Virus record (IMG/VR): IMGVR_UViG_3300042480_000533
Length of the DNA: 20,000 bases
Strand: one strand, 5' to 3'
Source of the DNA: an uncultured virus (IMG/VR IMGVR_UViG_3300042480_000533)
Lineage: Duplodnaviria > Heunggongvirae > Uroviricota > Caudoviricetes
The position numbers were made by a program, and so were the translations under genes. Each line of letters starts with the position of its first letter. Position 1 is the first letter of the stretch. Below are positions 1 through 8,178 of this stretch, one piece after another. The notes below the pieces were generated by a model, which had not been told where the DNA came from, ran no database searches, and saw nothing but the letters and a program-made list of their open reading frames with translations.

Positions 1-1
1 T

Positions 2-3000
2 GCGATTAACGCTTCAAAAGAAAAGCTAAGAAAAGTATATCAAGAAAGAATCAACAAAGCTGCGGCAATCATGGCCAAACATGACATGTCAAACCCAGGT
101 ATCCGAAGCGATCCCAAGATTCAAGACGAAATCAACATCGCTTTAATGGGTGACAAGAAAGCCTATGAGACGCATCTTATGTTGTTTACACTTGCAAAAA
201 GAGCAGCCACTCCATTCAAGATGTTTACGGATGCGGAAACAGTAGCCATGCACTCTGCGTTGGCGGGGCAGTACATTGACGAATCAGACATCATGCCATT
301 TGTCGGCAAGACATTGTTCCACGCAATGGGTTCTGAACTAGCCAGCGGACGACACCACATGTTTGGTAGTTATGACTTTGGTCCACAGGGTCCAAAGGAA
401 GCCCAAATCAGGGTATTGCATGGCAAGGAAAAGAACAAGTACGGTATCTGGGATATCAACGAAGTGTATGAAAGCAAGGAACGCGAACAAGCATATCGCA
501 AGGCATACGCAATGCAGATCATGCTAGACCTTGTTCCTAACTATTACCACCCAGGATATGACCCAGACAAAGAAAGCATGGAAAACTACTTTGACGCAAT
601 GAAAAAGCGATCAAACCTAGAACGCCTTGCTCAGGTCAATGCAATTAGAACCCTTGAACAAGCAAACTCAGTATCCCCCAATGATCCCGAATATGAGAAT
701 ATCCAAGAAACCGCCAAGAAACTAAGAAAGAGTGGCTTTGAGGAAAGATTGACTTGGGTTCGTAATAGCTATGGAAGGGATAACAAAAACCCTGTTGTAC
801 TTGATCCAACCGTGTCTGGGTTGGCTGCACTACGGCCACGGTACGCCAACATGGATTATACCCAGCGTGGCATGTATGCCTTGATTGAGGTAATGAAGAG
901 TCGTGAAATTCGACAGAATGAGATGTTCCAAAAGAAGAAACTATTGACGGCAGCTCCCCAGGATGGAGACCCAAACTCAATCATTCCATCTAGGTTCCGT
1001 GGATTTGAAAAGACAACCGATAAAAAGAACCTACCTTATATTCCACATCAAACTGGAAACATGGTCACTAGTCTTGTTATGTCACCTAATCGGGAAACAG
1101 AACTAGAGGCAATCAAGCTCAGAAACAGCCTGACATACTTTGCCACGCAAAACGGTCTTGAGTCGTTGCTGGAAAACAAGGAATGGACTAGGTTGTGGAT
1201 GATCAGGGAATGGAGGCGGCAAGGCTTGGAGAAGTCGGTCAATGTTATGAAGGACCAGATTAACAACGGCATCTTGGATATGTTCCCATCCCGTATTGCC
1301 ATGTATGAATCTGTCTTTAAGCTTATGGGTACCAATGCAAGAGCATACAGCCCAGGACAAACCTACAGCGTGTTGGACCTTATGGCAAAGCCAGAAGAAA
1401 TCCGATTCACAACCAAAGAGATGGATGAACTAAGGAAAAACTTCCCTGATGGTCTTCGCTACATGGATTTGCTCAGGCATCTATCAACCAGATTTGACCG
1501 TCTAGAAGGACTAAAGCCAGAATTCCCACTAGTGCTGGAACCAGGACTTATTGTTCGTGGAGAACAAGGGCTAATCAAGGGAACACCCACATACAAAGCC
1601 CTAAGCGTATTTAACATCGAAACCAACAACAATACAGTCATGATGCTCATGATGAGCGACTTGTTTGAAAAAGAAGCGCAGGAAGTCTATAGGTCCGATC
1701 CTGACTTTGACAAGTTCCCAAGAGACTCCGCTGGAAATCTTGTGCTGTCTATGCTTCCTGCTGACAAACTAAAGTCAGAAGAAATTCTTGACAGAGTCCT
1801 GAAGAAAGCTCCGCAACTTGCTGCCGAGCTTGGTACTCAAAAGGGTGTTTATTTTGTTCTTCACAAAGAACACCTAGACGGTATGGGCAAAATAGCCAAA
1901 GAACTTGTCACACCAGGACAAAGCTTGTTGGACATCAAAACTAAACTAACAAACATGGTTCATGTCTTTAGTCAGGTAAACAACCCAGACACTTTGTGGT
2001 ACTTTACACCAGACATGGTAATTCAGTTCCTCAATTCACTCAGGAATAATCCAGTTATTTCTGCGGCTGAGCTAAGCTGGCAAACACACAAGACAGTCGG
2101 TTTTGCAAATACAGAAACAGATATCCTTGTCTTGGAACAGCAAAAACAATTGATGGATAATGTCGGTCGTAGCGTAGACCTTACCCACCAAGCGTTGGTA
2201 TTGCTTCATACCGTAGACCCATCAAGCAACGAGAATGCTTTGCTGTATAGAAACAACTACAGAAGAAAAGACGCATTCGGCAAACCATCTGCAACCCTAG
2301 ATGCAACCATGTACCTAGGAAAGACATTTGACATGGAAGTAACCGTGGGTGGTAAATCACGCATGATGAAGAATGTACCTCTTGAAACCGCCGTGTATGC
2401 TACGGACATCTTGGCAGCAATGTCAAAAGCAAGAAAACTTGGTATGGACAAAGAAGCCGACGAGCTTGGTGAGTTCCTGCTGGCCGAGATGCAAAACTCA
2501 AGTGTAAAGATCGAAACAAACAAGGCACTAAGGATCAACAACACCCAGCATATTGTCATCAAGGCTGCTGTTCTTAAGTCAAGACTAGAGGGTATAAAAA
2601 GCAATAGAGTAGAAGGTGTCAAAGACACAATTATGTCTACCCTACAGACGGAGATTACCCAAGAAGCTGCGAACAAGGTATACAAAGCCGCAACCAGAGT
2701 ATCTCGGCTTTTGCAGAAGATTGCAGATGCCGTACCTGGTGAAAACCAGCAAATGACATATGTAGCCCACGCTTTGTTGTCAAAGATGGAAAACACAGAA
2801 GACGGAATCGAAGACAACACCGAGATTCAAAACAAGATCCTGGATGCTGTCGGAGTGGACAAAACAGACAAAGAAAGAAGCAAGGCGGTCAGGGCAATCA
2901 TTAATGCACGGCAAGACCTTACTACCGTACCAGAAGACAGACCCTTTACCCACCTACCGTGGGATGCCCGAAAGGATGTTGCAAAGTTTGCTGACCGTGA

Positions 3001-6000
3001 TGAGTTTATCAACGCCTTTGGGGATGCTGGTCGTGGCATCGTAGCTCAGTTGGATGGCATGGTAGCCATGAAACTAATGTCTCGTCGTGTTGCCGATATG
3101 AAGATGATCCTCATTGGTTCCTTGGCATCAATCAACCCAAACATCCTGTCAGATCTTGCACTAGAGGCAATGGAGTTTGATGGCCACACCTATGCCAAGA
3201 TGGCTAAGCTTAAGGGCAAATACACCATTGGTCTAAACATCAAGGCCATGGAAACAACACCAGAAAACGAAATGTTGCTTAAGTTTGCGGAAGAACTTGT
3301 TCACCTTGCCCGAGTCAAGTACATGGCCGAAGGTTCCAACGAATACAGAAAGATCCAAGCAATCTTTAGAACACCTAACTCGGAAGAAATGATCCGAGAG
3401 ATGTTGTTTGCCATGAACAGGGACAAGCCATATGCTGCTATCGAAGCAGATGTTCGGTATGCCATGGAACACACGGACGAGTTCTTGGCTCACTGGGGAG
3501 CTGTCGTGTTGCTGGCCGAAACAGTCTACAGCGAGGAAACGATGTCTGCTCTTGAAGCAAAGTATACCCCAGTAGAAATGCTTAATACATGGTACAAGAA
3601 AGCGTTCTTTAGGATTAAGAGCATTGCCGTCCGAAGTTTGAAAATGGTAAGCCAAATCGCAGTTGATCCGAAATACGCCGCTAATTTCAACGAAATGTAC
3701 AATGTAATGCAGGGAATAATCGGCCAAGGTATGGCAACCCGAGTAGACGCTGGAAACCCAGACACGGCATTTAACGCCGTCAAGTCAATTAGACCCAACT
3801 CTACAGAAGTAACACCAAGCATGGTGACAGACCTTCAGCGGCTCAGCATTGAGTTAAGAAATCTTAATAACAATATAGCAAAGAAAATCCCGTTGTCTCC
3901 CACTGAAAAAATGCGTCTAATTGAAATTGAAGACATCACCAATAACAAGGAAATGAATCCACACGGTATTCTTGATATGACTGAGTTTGATGTCATTCGA
4001 GAAATGGAGAATGTAAACAGAGCGGAAGACGGTGCTATTGTCAGGCTAGAAACCCAGCCGCTGACCGAGCGAGCCGTTTTACAACGGGGTCTTACAAACC
4101 ACCTTGCAGCCAGAGGATCACGTATTGACCAGAACGAAACCTTTGGTGGCTTGTTTAGAAACATTGCAAGTTCTTTAGGGTTGGATGACTTTGTAAGTTT
4201 GACAATCCAGAACAAACTGCTTGCTTCCATTAACGACAGCCAGCTAACCTACAACTCACCCGAAGGCATTTTGGTACTGATTTCCGAAATGATTGACAAC
4301 ACAACCGTAACTACCGAGTCAAGCTACAGACCATCCAGCATTGGTGGTGGGTTTGAGTTTAACAAGGAAGGTCTCAAGGGATATGTAGGGGATATCTGGA
4401 ATGTAGCCACAGGTATCGACAGCAAGTACAAGTCAACCGTAAAAAAGGAAGAAGTATCAAACAATACAGCCCTAATTTTAAACAGCCTACCAACTACAAC
4501 TACTGATTTAGAGATCAGGCGGGATGCGGAGCGTCTTGCTGAAAAGATCAAGTTGTTTAACGGTCAGTTGAGGAGTTTGTTGGTAAAGTCGAGAATCAAG
4601 GACAGGGGAGACAACTTAGATCCAATTGGCCTTAAGACGAGAAGATCTACAAAGCTAAACAGGGAAGACAAGGATCGTGGTCGTAAGGCAGTTGTAAACG
4701 CTATGCGTACCAAGTACACAAACAACCTAACGACCAACGGTGTTGATGCCGTTGTAAACCCCTTTATGTTGTTTATGAGCGGTAATATGCTTGACCCAAG
4801 CATGGACACCATCGGTGTGTCTTCGTCTGAGTTTGCTACAGATCTTCGTAAGTTTACCGATAACCCAAACGATACGGCAGACAACGCAAGAGAAGCCATG
4901 GCCAAGCAGATCGTCAATGATGCACTAAGCATCAAGCTCGGTAGAGAAAAGAACTATAATGCAAGCACGACATTGGATGATGTCAAAAACAGCGCCCGCA
5001 TAAATCCTGGTTATCTCAATGAAGATGTAATTGAAGCTACTAGAAGATTCATTATCAGAACAAGAGAAAACACCCAACGATTCAGCACGGCTTTCAAGCA
5101 CCTAAGTAAGCCTGAGATTGAATTGATTGTCAAATCGGTCATTGAAACCGTATCCCAGACAAGACCAGATTCTTTGACAGCCGAGAAGATCAGGCAAATC
5201 CTGGACAACCGCGAGTCATTCGGGTATTACCAAGGTTTATCTCCTTACATTCCAGAAAGCCATGTCACGGCTACCCCAATGGACATTCTTACCGACCAGT
5301 TCCTAGGTAAACTAGGAGCAACCGCATACTTGTTCTCAGAGGGTGGTCCAGACCTAACCTATAAGGACATCTTCCTAGATCCCGTAAAGCCAAGTGAAAG
5401 CGGCATCCTACAGGTAATGTTTGAAAAAGACCTGTCCAACATTCAGCAAAGCTTGATGCGTGGTCAAGGGTATGACGCTATTCAGAGAATTGTTGTCCAA
5501 AAGACAATGGGAATCGAAGGAGCATACTTCAGTATTTCTCAGTTGATTGATATGTTTAAACGACAAATCTCAATGGAATCAAGTGCCGAAGCCAAGCGCA
5601 TGGGTGTCAGAAACTTTGACAACAGAGGAGATGACGAAACAAGAGCAACCATAATTATGCGTGGCCTAGAAAGACTAGACGCGGCCAACCAAAAAGCCAA
5701 GGAAACATTGGGTACACGGCTAGAAGGCAAGCCTCTTATTGATTTCTTAAATAAGTATGGACCAATGGCAACAACCCTTACTTACGGGCCAAATGCCGCA
5801 TTGGCTACATCGTTGGTAGAAGGAACCATGTCCACGGTCAATGAGCTAATGCGGGGTCACAATCCGTTTACATTCTTGATCGAAGCAATTAGGATGAATG
5901 TCGAGACATCTGTTGGAACTGCATCCAGAGTCGTGTCAAGAAGAGATGGTCGTTTCTCATGGTTTAATGTAGACCCGTATGTTCTCAGTAAGGTAGCCGA

Positions 6001-7438
6001 GAATGCTTTGTGGATGTTTGAGGAAACCACATCTCCCATGATTCCAGGCCAGTTGGTCAGCAACGCGCTGTCTACGGCAGAGATTGAAGACATGTCCAGA
6101 TGGGACAGATTCCTAGCGTTTTCCAGAAGGTCATACTCAGATCCAATGAGATCCCTAAGGGTTGCGGCTGAGAACCAAGCCAACAGAGGTATCTACCAAA
6201 GACTGCATGACGGCAGTCTCCTTAGATTGCGGGACAGCGTTAACAAGATCCTAAGAGACAACCCATCCCCAAGCAATCAGGTATACCGAGAGGTAGCCAG
6301 AGATGCTGGTGTAAGGATGGATGTCGAGTTGATGGCAATCTATGTACGGTCTGGCATCTTTGAGCCAGGTGTCATAGAAACCCTGAACTACGCCAGATCC
6401 AGTGCTCCACCAGAAACAGGCAAGATTCTATTCAGCGTCATGGCAGACCTAGAAGCAGCCCTGCCACCTGGCGGCGTGATCTACGATGGTGTTGTAATCA
6501 CACCAGAAAGAATGCTGGCGGCAAGAACGACTTTGGCATCCTTGAGCAGACAGTATGCTGGACTCAGCATTGTCATGGATCACCCATTGGATGGTACGGC
6601 GGCAGCTTCGGCTACCAGTGTTGTCATAACATTCTTCAAGTCATATCCAGCATTGTTCATGGCTCAGCATGTAATGCGTCAAGGTACGATTACCCCCATG
6701 CTTCGGCATGGTGCCAGGTTGTTGCTGCACGGTATGCTAGACATGATTTACAACATCCTGCTGGCCTTGTCAAGCGGTTGGTACAAATGGGAAAAGTTGA
6801 TGGACCATCTTGAAAAAGGAACCATCAGCAAAGCAGAAGCAACAAAGCTGTTCCTAAGGCACCCAGTCTTTAGTATGAACATTCTTGGTATTGTTACACA
6901 AAGTCTTAGTAAGCTTGCGCTTCCTTCTGGCAGAGACAACAGCATGATTAGTTCAGTAGGCGAAGTAGCCTTGGCTCAACAGGTAAGCAATATATTCAAA
7001 GCAGCTGAGTCATGGTACTACTATGCGTATGACAAGGTACCAGCCGAAAGCGCAGCAGCGTCTACCTATTCGGCATTGCGGGGTGCGTTGTCGTTTATTC
7101 CAGGCAACACCATGGTTCGCCTTACCCTGCAACAAGCATTTGGTCAGGCAGGAACCACAGGAACCGCAGGAACAGCCTCGGCAAAGACAATGAGGTATAT
7201 TGACAGACTGACAGATGAACGGCCAGTTCTTGAGGCAGTACGCAGCATGTTCCCAGGGGGTCTTAAGAACCCCAAGAGAACCGTGTCCGAAGAACCACGG
7301 CAAATTAAGATGACCGATATCCCCAAGGTAAGGCCACCATCGGGTGAACCACAGCCAAAGGTAACTACGCCAACAACAAGATCACCGAGTATCCAAGAGC
7401 AAGCAACCACGCCACTGAAGGCTCCGTCTGGTCTGTAG
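2..7438 (+). CDS. Giant phage virion/DNA-ejection protein, 5'-partial (>2478 aa); internal degenerate zincin-like motif; C-terminus reminiscent of T7 gp16-type internal virion proteins
   Basis: The frame is open from nt 2 through ATG 71 to TAG 7436-7438. No Cys in the 2455-aa translation. EELVH at 3290-3304 with downstream DEFLAHW at 3476-3496. FFKSYP near 6632 and a C-terminal FIPGN are reminiscent of the QFKxF and LP/VP-N motifs of gp16-like proteins. Confidence 0.6.
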   Translation, partial: AINASKEKLRKVYQERINKAAAIMAKHDMSNPGIRSDPKIQDEINIALMGDKKAYETHLMLFTLAKRAATPFKMFTDAETVAMHSALAGQYIDESDIMPFVGKTLFHAMGSELASGRHHMFGSYDFGPQGPKEAQIRVLHGKEKNKYGIWDINEVYESKEREQAYRKAYAMQIMLDLVPNYYHPGYDPDKESMENYFDAMKKRSNLERLAQVNAIRTLEQANSVSPNDPEYENIQETAKKLRKSGFEERLTWVRNSYGRDNKNPVVLDPTVSGLAALRPRYANMDYTQRGMYALIEVMKSREIRQNEMFQKKKLLTAAPQDGDPNSIIPSRFRGFEKTTDKKNLPYIPHQTGNMVTSLVMSPNRETELEAIKLRNSLTYFATQNGLESLLENKEWTRLWMIREWRRQGLEKSVNVMKDQINNGILDMFPSRIAMYESVFKLMGTNARAYSPGQTYSVLDLMAKPEEIRFTTKEMDELRKNFPDGLRYMDLLRHLSTRFDRLEGLKPEFPLVLEPGLIVRGEQGLIKGTPTYKALSVFNIETNNNTVMMLMMSDLFEKEAQEVYRSDPDFDKFPRDSAGNLVLSMLPADKLKSEEILDRVLKKAPQLAAELGTQKGVYFVLHKEHLDGMGKIAKELVTPGQSLLDIKTKLTNMVHVFSQVNNPDTLWYFTPDMVIQFLNSLRNNPVISAAELSWQTHKTVGFANTETDILVLEQQKQLMDNVGRSVDLTHQALVLLHTVDPSSNENALLYRNNYRRKDAFGKPSATLDATMYLGKTFDMEVTVGGKSRMMKNVPLETAVYATDILAAMSKARKLGMDKEADELGEFLLAEMQNSSVKIETNKALRINNTQHIVIKAAVLKSRLEGIKSNRVEGVKDTIMSTLQTEITQEAANKVYKAATRVSRLLQKIADAVPGENQQMTYVAHALLSKMENTEDGIEDNTEIQNKILDAVGVDKTDKERSKAVRAIINARQDLTTVPEDRPFTHLPWDARKDVAKFADRDEFINAFGDAGRGIVAQLDGMVAMKLMSRRVADMKMILIGSLASINPNILSDLALEAMEFDGHTYAKMAKLKGKYTIGLNIKAMETTPENEMLLKFAEELVHLARVKYMAEGSNEYRKIQAIFRTPNSEEMIREMLFAMNRDKPYAAIEADVRYAMEHTDEFLAHWGAVVLLAETVYSEETMSALEAKYTPVEMLNTWYKKAFFRIKSIAVRSLKMVSQIAVDPKYAANFNEMYNVMQGIIGQGMATRVDAGNPDTAFNAVKSIRPNSTEVTPSMVTDLQRLSIELRNLNNNIAKKIPLSPTEKMRLIEIEDITNNKEMNPHGILDMTEFDVIREMENVNRAEDGAIVRLETQPLTERAVLQRGLTNHLAARGSRIDQNETFGGLFRNIASSLGLDDFVSLTIQNKLLASINDSQLTYNSPEGILVLISEMIDNTTVTTESSYRPSSIGGGFEFNKEGLKGYVGDIWNVATGIDSKYKSTVKKEEVSNNTALILNSLPTTTTDLEIRRDAERLAEKIKLFNGQLRSLLVKSRIKDRGDNLDPIGLKTRRSTKLNREDKDRGRKAVVNAMRTKYTNNLTTNGVDAVVNPFMLFMSGNMLDPSMDTIGVSSSEFATDLRKFTDNPNDTADNAREAMAKQIVNDALSIKLGREKNYNASTTLDDVKNSARINPGYLNEDVIEATRRFIIRTRENTQRFSTAFKHLSKPEIELIVKSVIETVSQTRPDSLTAEKIRQILDNRESFGYYQGLSPYIPESHVTATPMDILTDQFLGKLGATAYLFSEGGPDLTYKDIFLDPVKPSESGILQVMFEKDLSNIQQSLMRGQGYDAIQRIVVQKTMGIEGAYFSISQLIDMFKRQISMESSAEAKRMGVRNFDNRGDDETRATIIMRGLERLDAANQKAKETLGTRLEGKPLIDFLNKYGPMATTLTYGPNAALATSLVEGTMSTVNELMRGHNPFTFLIEAIRMNVETSVGTASRVVSRRDGRFSWFNVDPYVLSKVAENALWMFEETTSPMIPGQLVSNALSTAEIEDMSRWDRFLAFSRRSYSDPMRSLRVAAENQANRGIYQRLHDGSLLRLRDSVNKILRDNPSPSNQVYREVARDAGVRMDVELMAIYVRSGIFEPGVIETLNYARSSAPPETGKILFSVMADLEAALPPGGVIYDGVVITPERMLAARTTLASLSRQYAGLSIVMDHPLDGTAAASATSVVITFFKSYPALFMAQHVMRQGTITPMLRHGARLLLHGMLDMIYNILLALSSGWYKWEKLMDHLEKGTISKAEATKLFLRHPVFSMNILGIVTQSLSKLALPSGRDNSMISSVGEVALAQQVSNIFKAAESWYYYAYDKVPAESAAASTYSALRGALSFIPGNTMVRLTLQQAFGQAGTTGTAGTASAKTMRYIDRLTDERPVLEAVRSMFPGGLKNPKRTVSEEPRQIKMTDIPKVRPPSGEPQPKVTTPTTRSPSIQEQATTPLKAPSGL

Positions 7439-7468
7439 AAAATCGGCTTAGGGGTCGAGAATTTTTGT

Positions 7469-7506
7469 GGGGGTAATAGTAGCTTATGGTAAGCTATTTC
7501 CCCCCC
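7469..7506 (+). terminator. Hairpin just after the giant gene (possible terminator or processing site)
   Basis: TAGCTTA-TGG-TAAGCTA core, extended by outer GGGGG/CCCCC arms. No U-tract follows. Confidence 0.4.
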
Positions 7507-7513
7507 TCACCCC

Positions 7514-7552
7514 CAAGGTGTACCTGTGCACCAACGCCCCACAGGAAGAAAG
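7514..7552 (+). repeat. 39-bp upstream element, copy 1 (candidate phage promoter/leader)
   Basis: caaggtgtacctgtgcaccaacgccccacaggaagaaag; 38/39 identical to 7782-7820. Contains a CCTGTG/CACAGG stem and runs into the RBS of the next gene. Confidence 0.85.
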
Positions 7553-7560
7553 GACATGGA

Positions 7561-7722
7561 ATGTTCTACTACAAGGTAATGAATGAGTTCGGTATGTTCG
7601 TGGATTCGGAGTCTTTCGAGACCGCCGAGGCCAGAGACAAGGCGTTGGCCTTGAAGAACTTCGACTCGTACTACATTATCTGGGTTGGCCAGGAGGGCCA
7701 GCCCGCCAAGCAAATTCAGTAA
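7561..7722 (+). CDS. Small hypothetical early protein (53 aa, MFYYKV...)
   Basis: AAAGGA RBS upstream, C/G-ending codon bias like the RNAP gene, followed by a terminator hairpin. Confidence 0.7.
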   Translation: MFYYKVMNEFGMFVDSESFETAEARDKALALKNFDSYYIIWVGQEGQPAKQIQ

Positions 7723-7734
7723 AGCCCTACTGTC

Positions 7735-7770
7735 GCCCCTCTAGGAGCAATCCTAGGGGGGCTTTCAGTT
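7735..7770 (+). terminator. Intrinsic terminator-like hairpin
   Basis: GCCCCTCTAGGA-GCAA-TCCTAGGGGGGC: 12-bp stem (one G-U), GNRA loop, then TTTCAGTT. Confidence 0.7.
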
Positions 7771-7781
7771 GCGCTTTGCAA

Positions 7782-7820
7782 CAAGGTGTACCTGTGCACC
7801 AACGCCACACAGGAAGAAAG
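7782..7820 (+). repeat. 39-bp upstream element, copy 2
   Basis: caaggtgtacctgtgcaccaacgccacacaggaagaaag, ending 9 nt before ATG 7830. Confidence 0.85.
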
Positions 7821-7829
7821 AAAGACAAC

Positions 7830-8048
7830 ATGCTTAGAGATTTCAATAACAAAACCGCACCAACGCCGTCTGGTCTGGACCCGTTCGACTACTACTGGGG
7901 CGGGCGCACGGACGCCAACCTGGAGACGGGAGAGTGGAAGGAGATCTGGCACAGCTCCTTCCGAAACCCATCGAAGGATCACGACATTGTGATTACCTTC
8001 GGTGCAGACGGCAAAATCATTTGTAAAGAAAGGCGCGACGGATTCTGA
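7830..8048 (+). CDS. Small hypothetical early protein (72 aa, MLRDFNNK...)
   Basis: ATG downstream of repeat copy 2 and a purine-rich RBS; codon usage matches the module. Confidence 0.65.
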   Translation: MLRDFNNKTAPTPSGLDPFDYYWGGRTDANLETGEWKEIWHSSFRNPSKDHDIVITFGADGKIICKERRDGF

Positions 8049-8060
8049 TCTGACCGACAA

Positions 8061-8164
8061 CAAACCCTCCATGCTCTTTCAAGGGAGAGCATGGGGATGT
8101 TTGCTGTTGCAAACAACCCTGGCTTGTGGGGATCACAAGCAATCAAGTCTTGGCAATGCCAAGA
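8061..8164 (+). promoter_or_regulatory. Structured leader of the RNAP gene (consecutive hairpins; possible RNase III site or terminator)
   Basis: CCATGCTCTTTC-AAG-GGAGAGCATGG long stem; TGTTTGC/GCAAACA; GCTTGTG/CACAAGC (8122-8140); TCTTGGC-AAT-GCCAAGA (8148-8164). Confidence 0.5.
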
Positions 8165-8178
8165 GAAAGGTAGATTCC

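Noticed and set aside
163..7410. Numerous minus-strand ORFs within the giant gene
   Set aside because: Antisense shadows of a long coding frame, with no RBS or motif support.
8002..8178. N-terminal extension of the RNAP in the ORF track
   Set aside because: It overlaps the upstream gene and the hairpin leader, and the RBS supports ATG 8179. Even with it, the enzyme would be far shorter than T7 RNAP.
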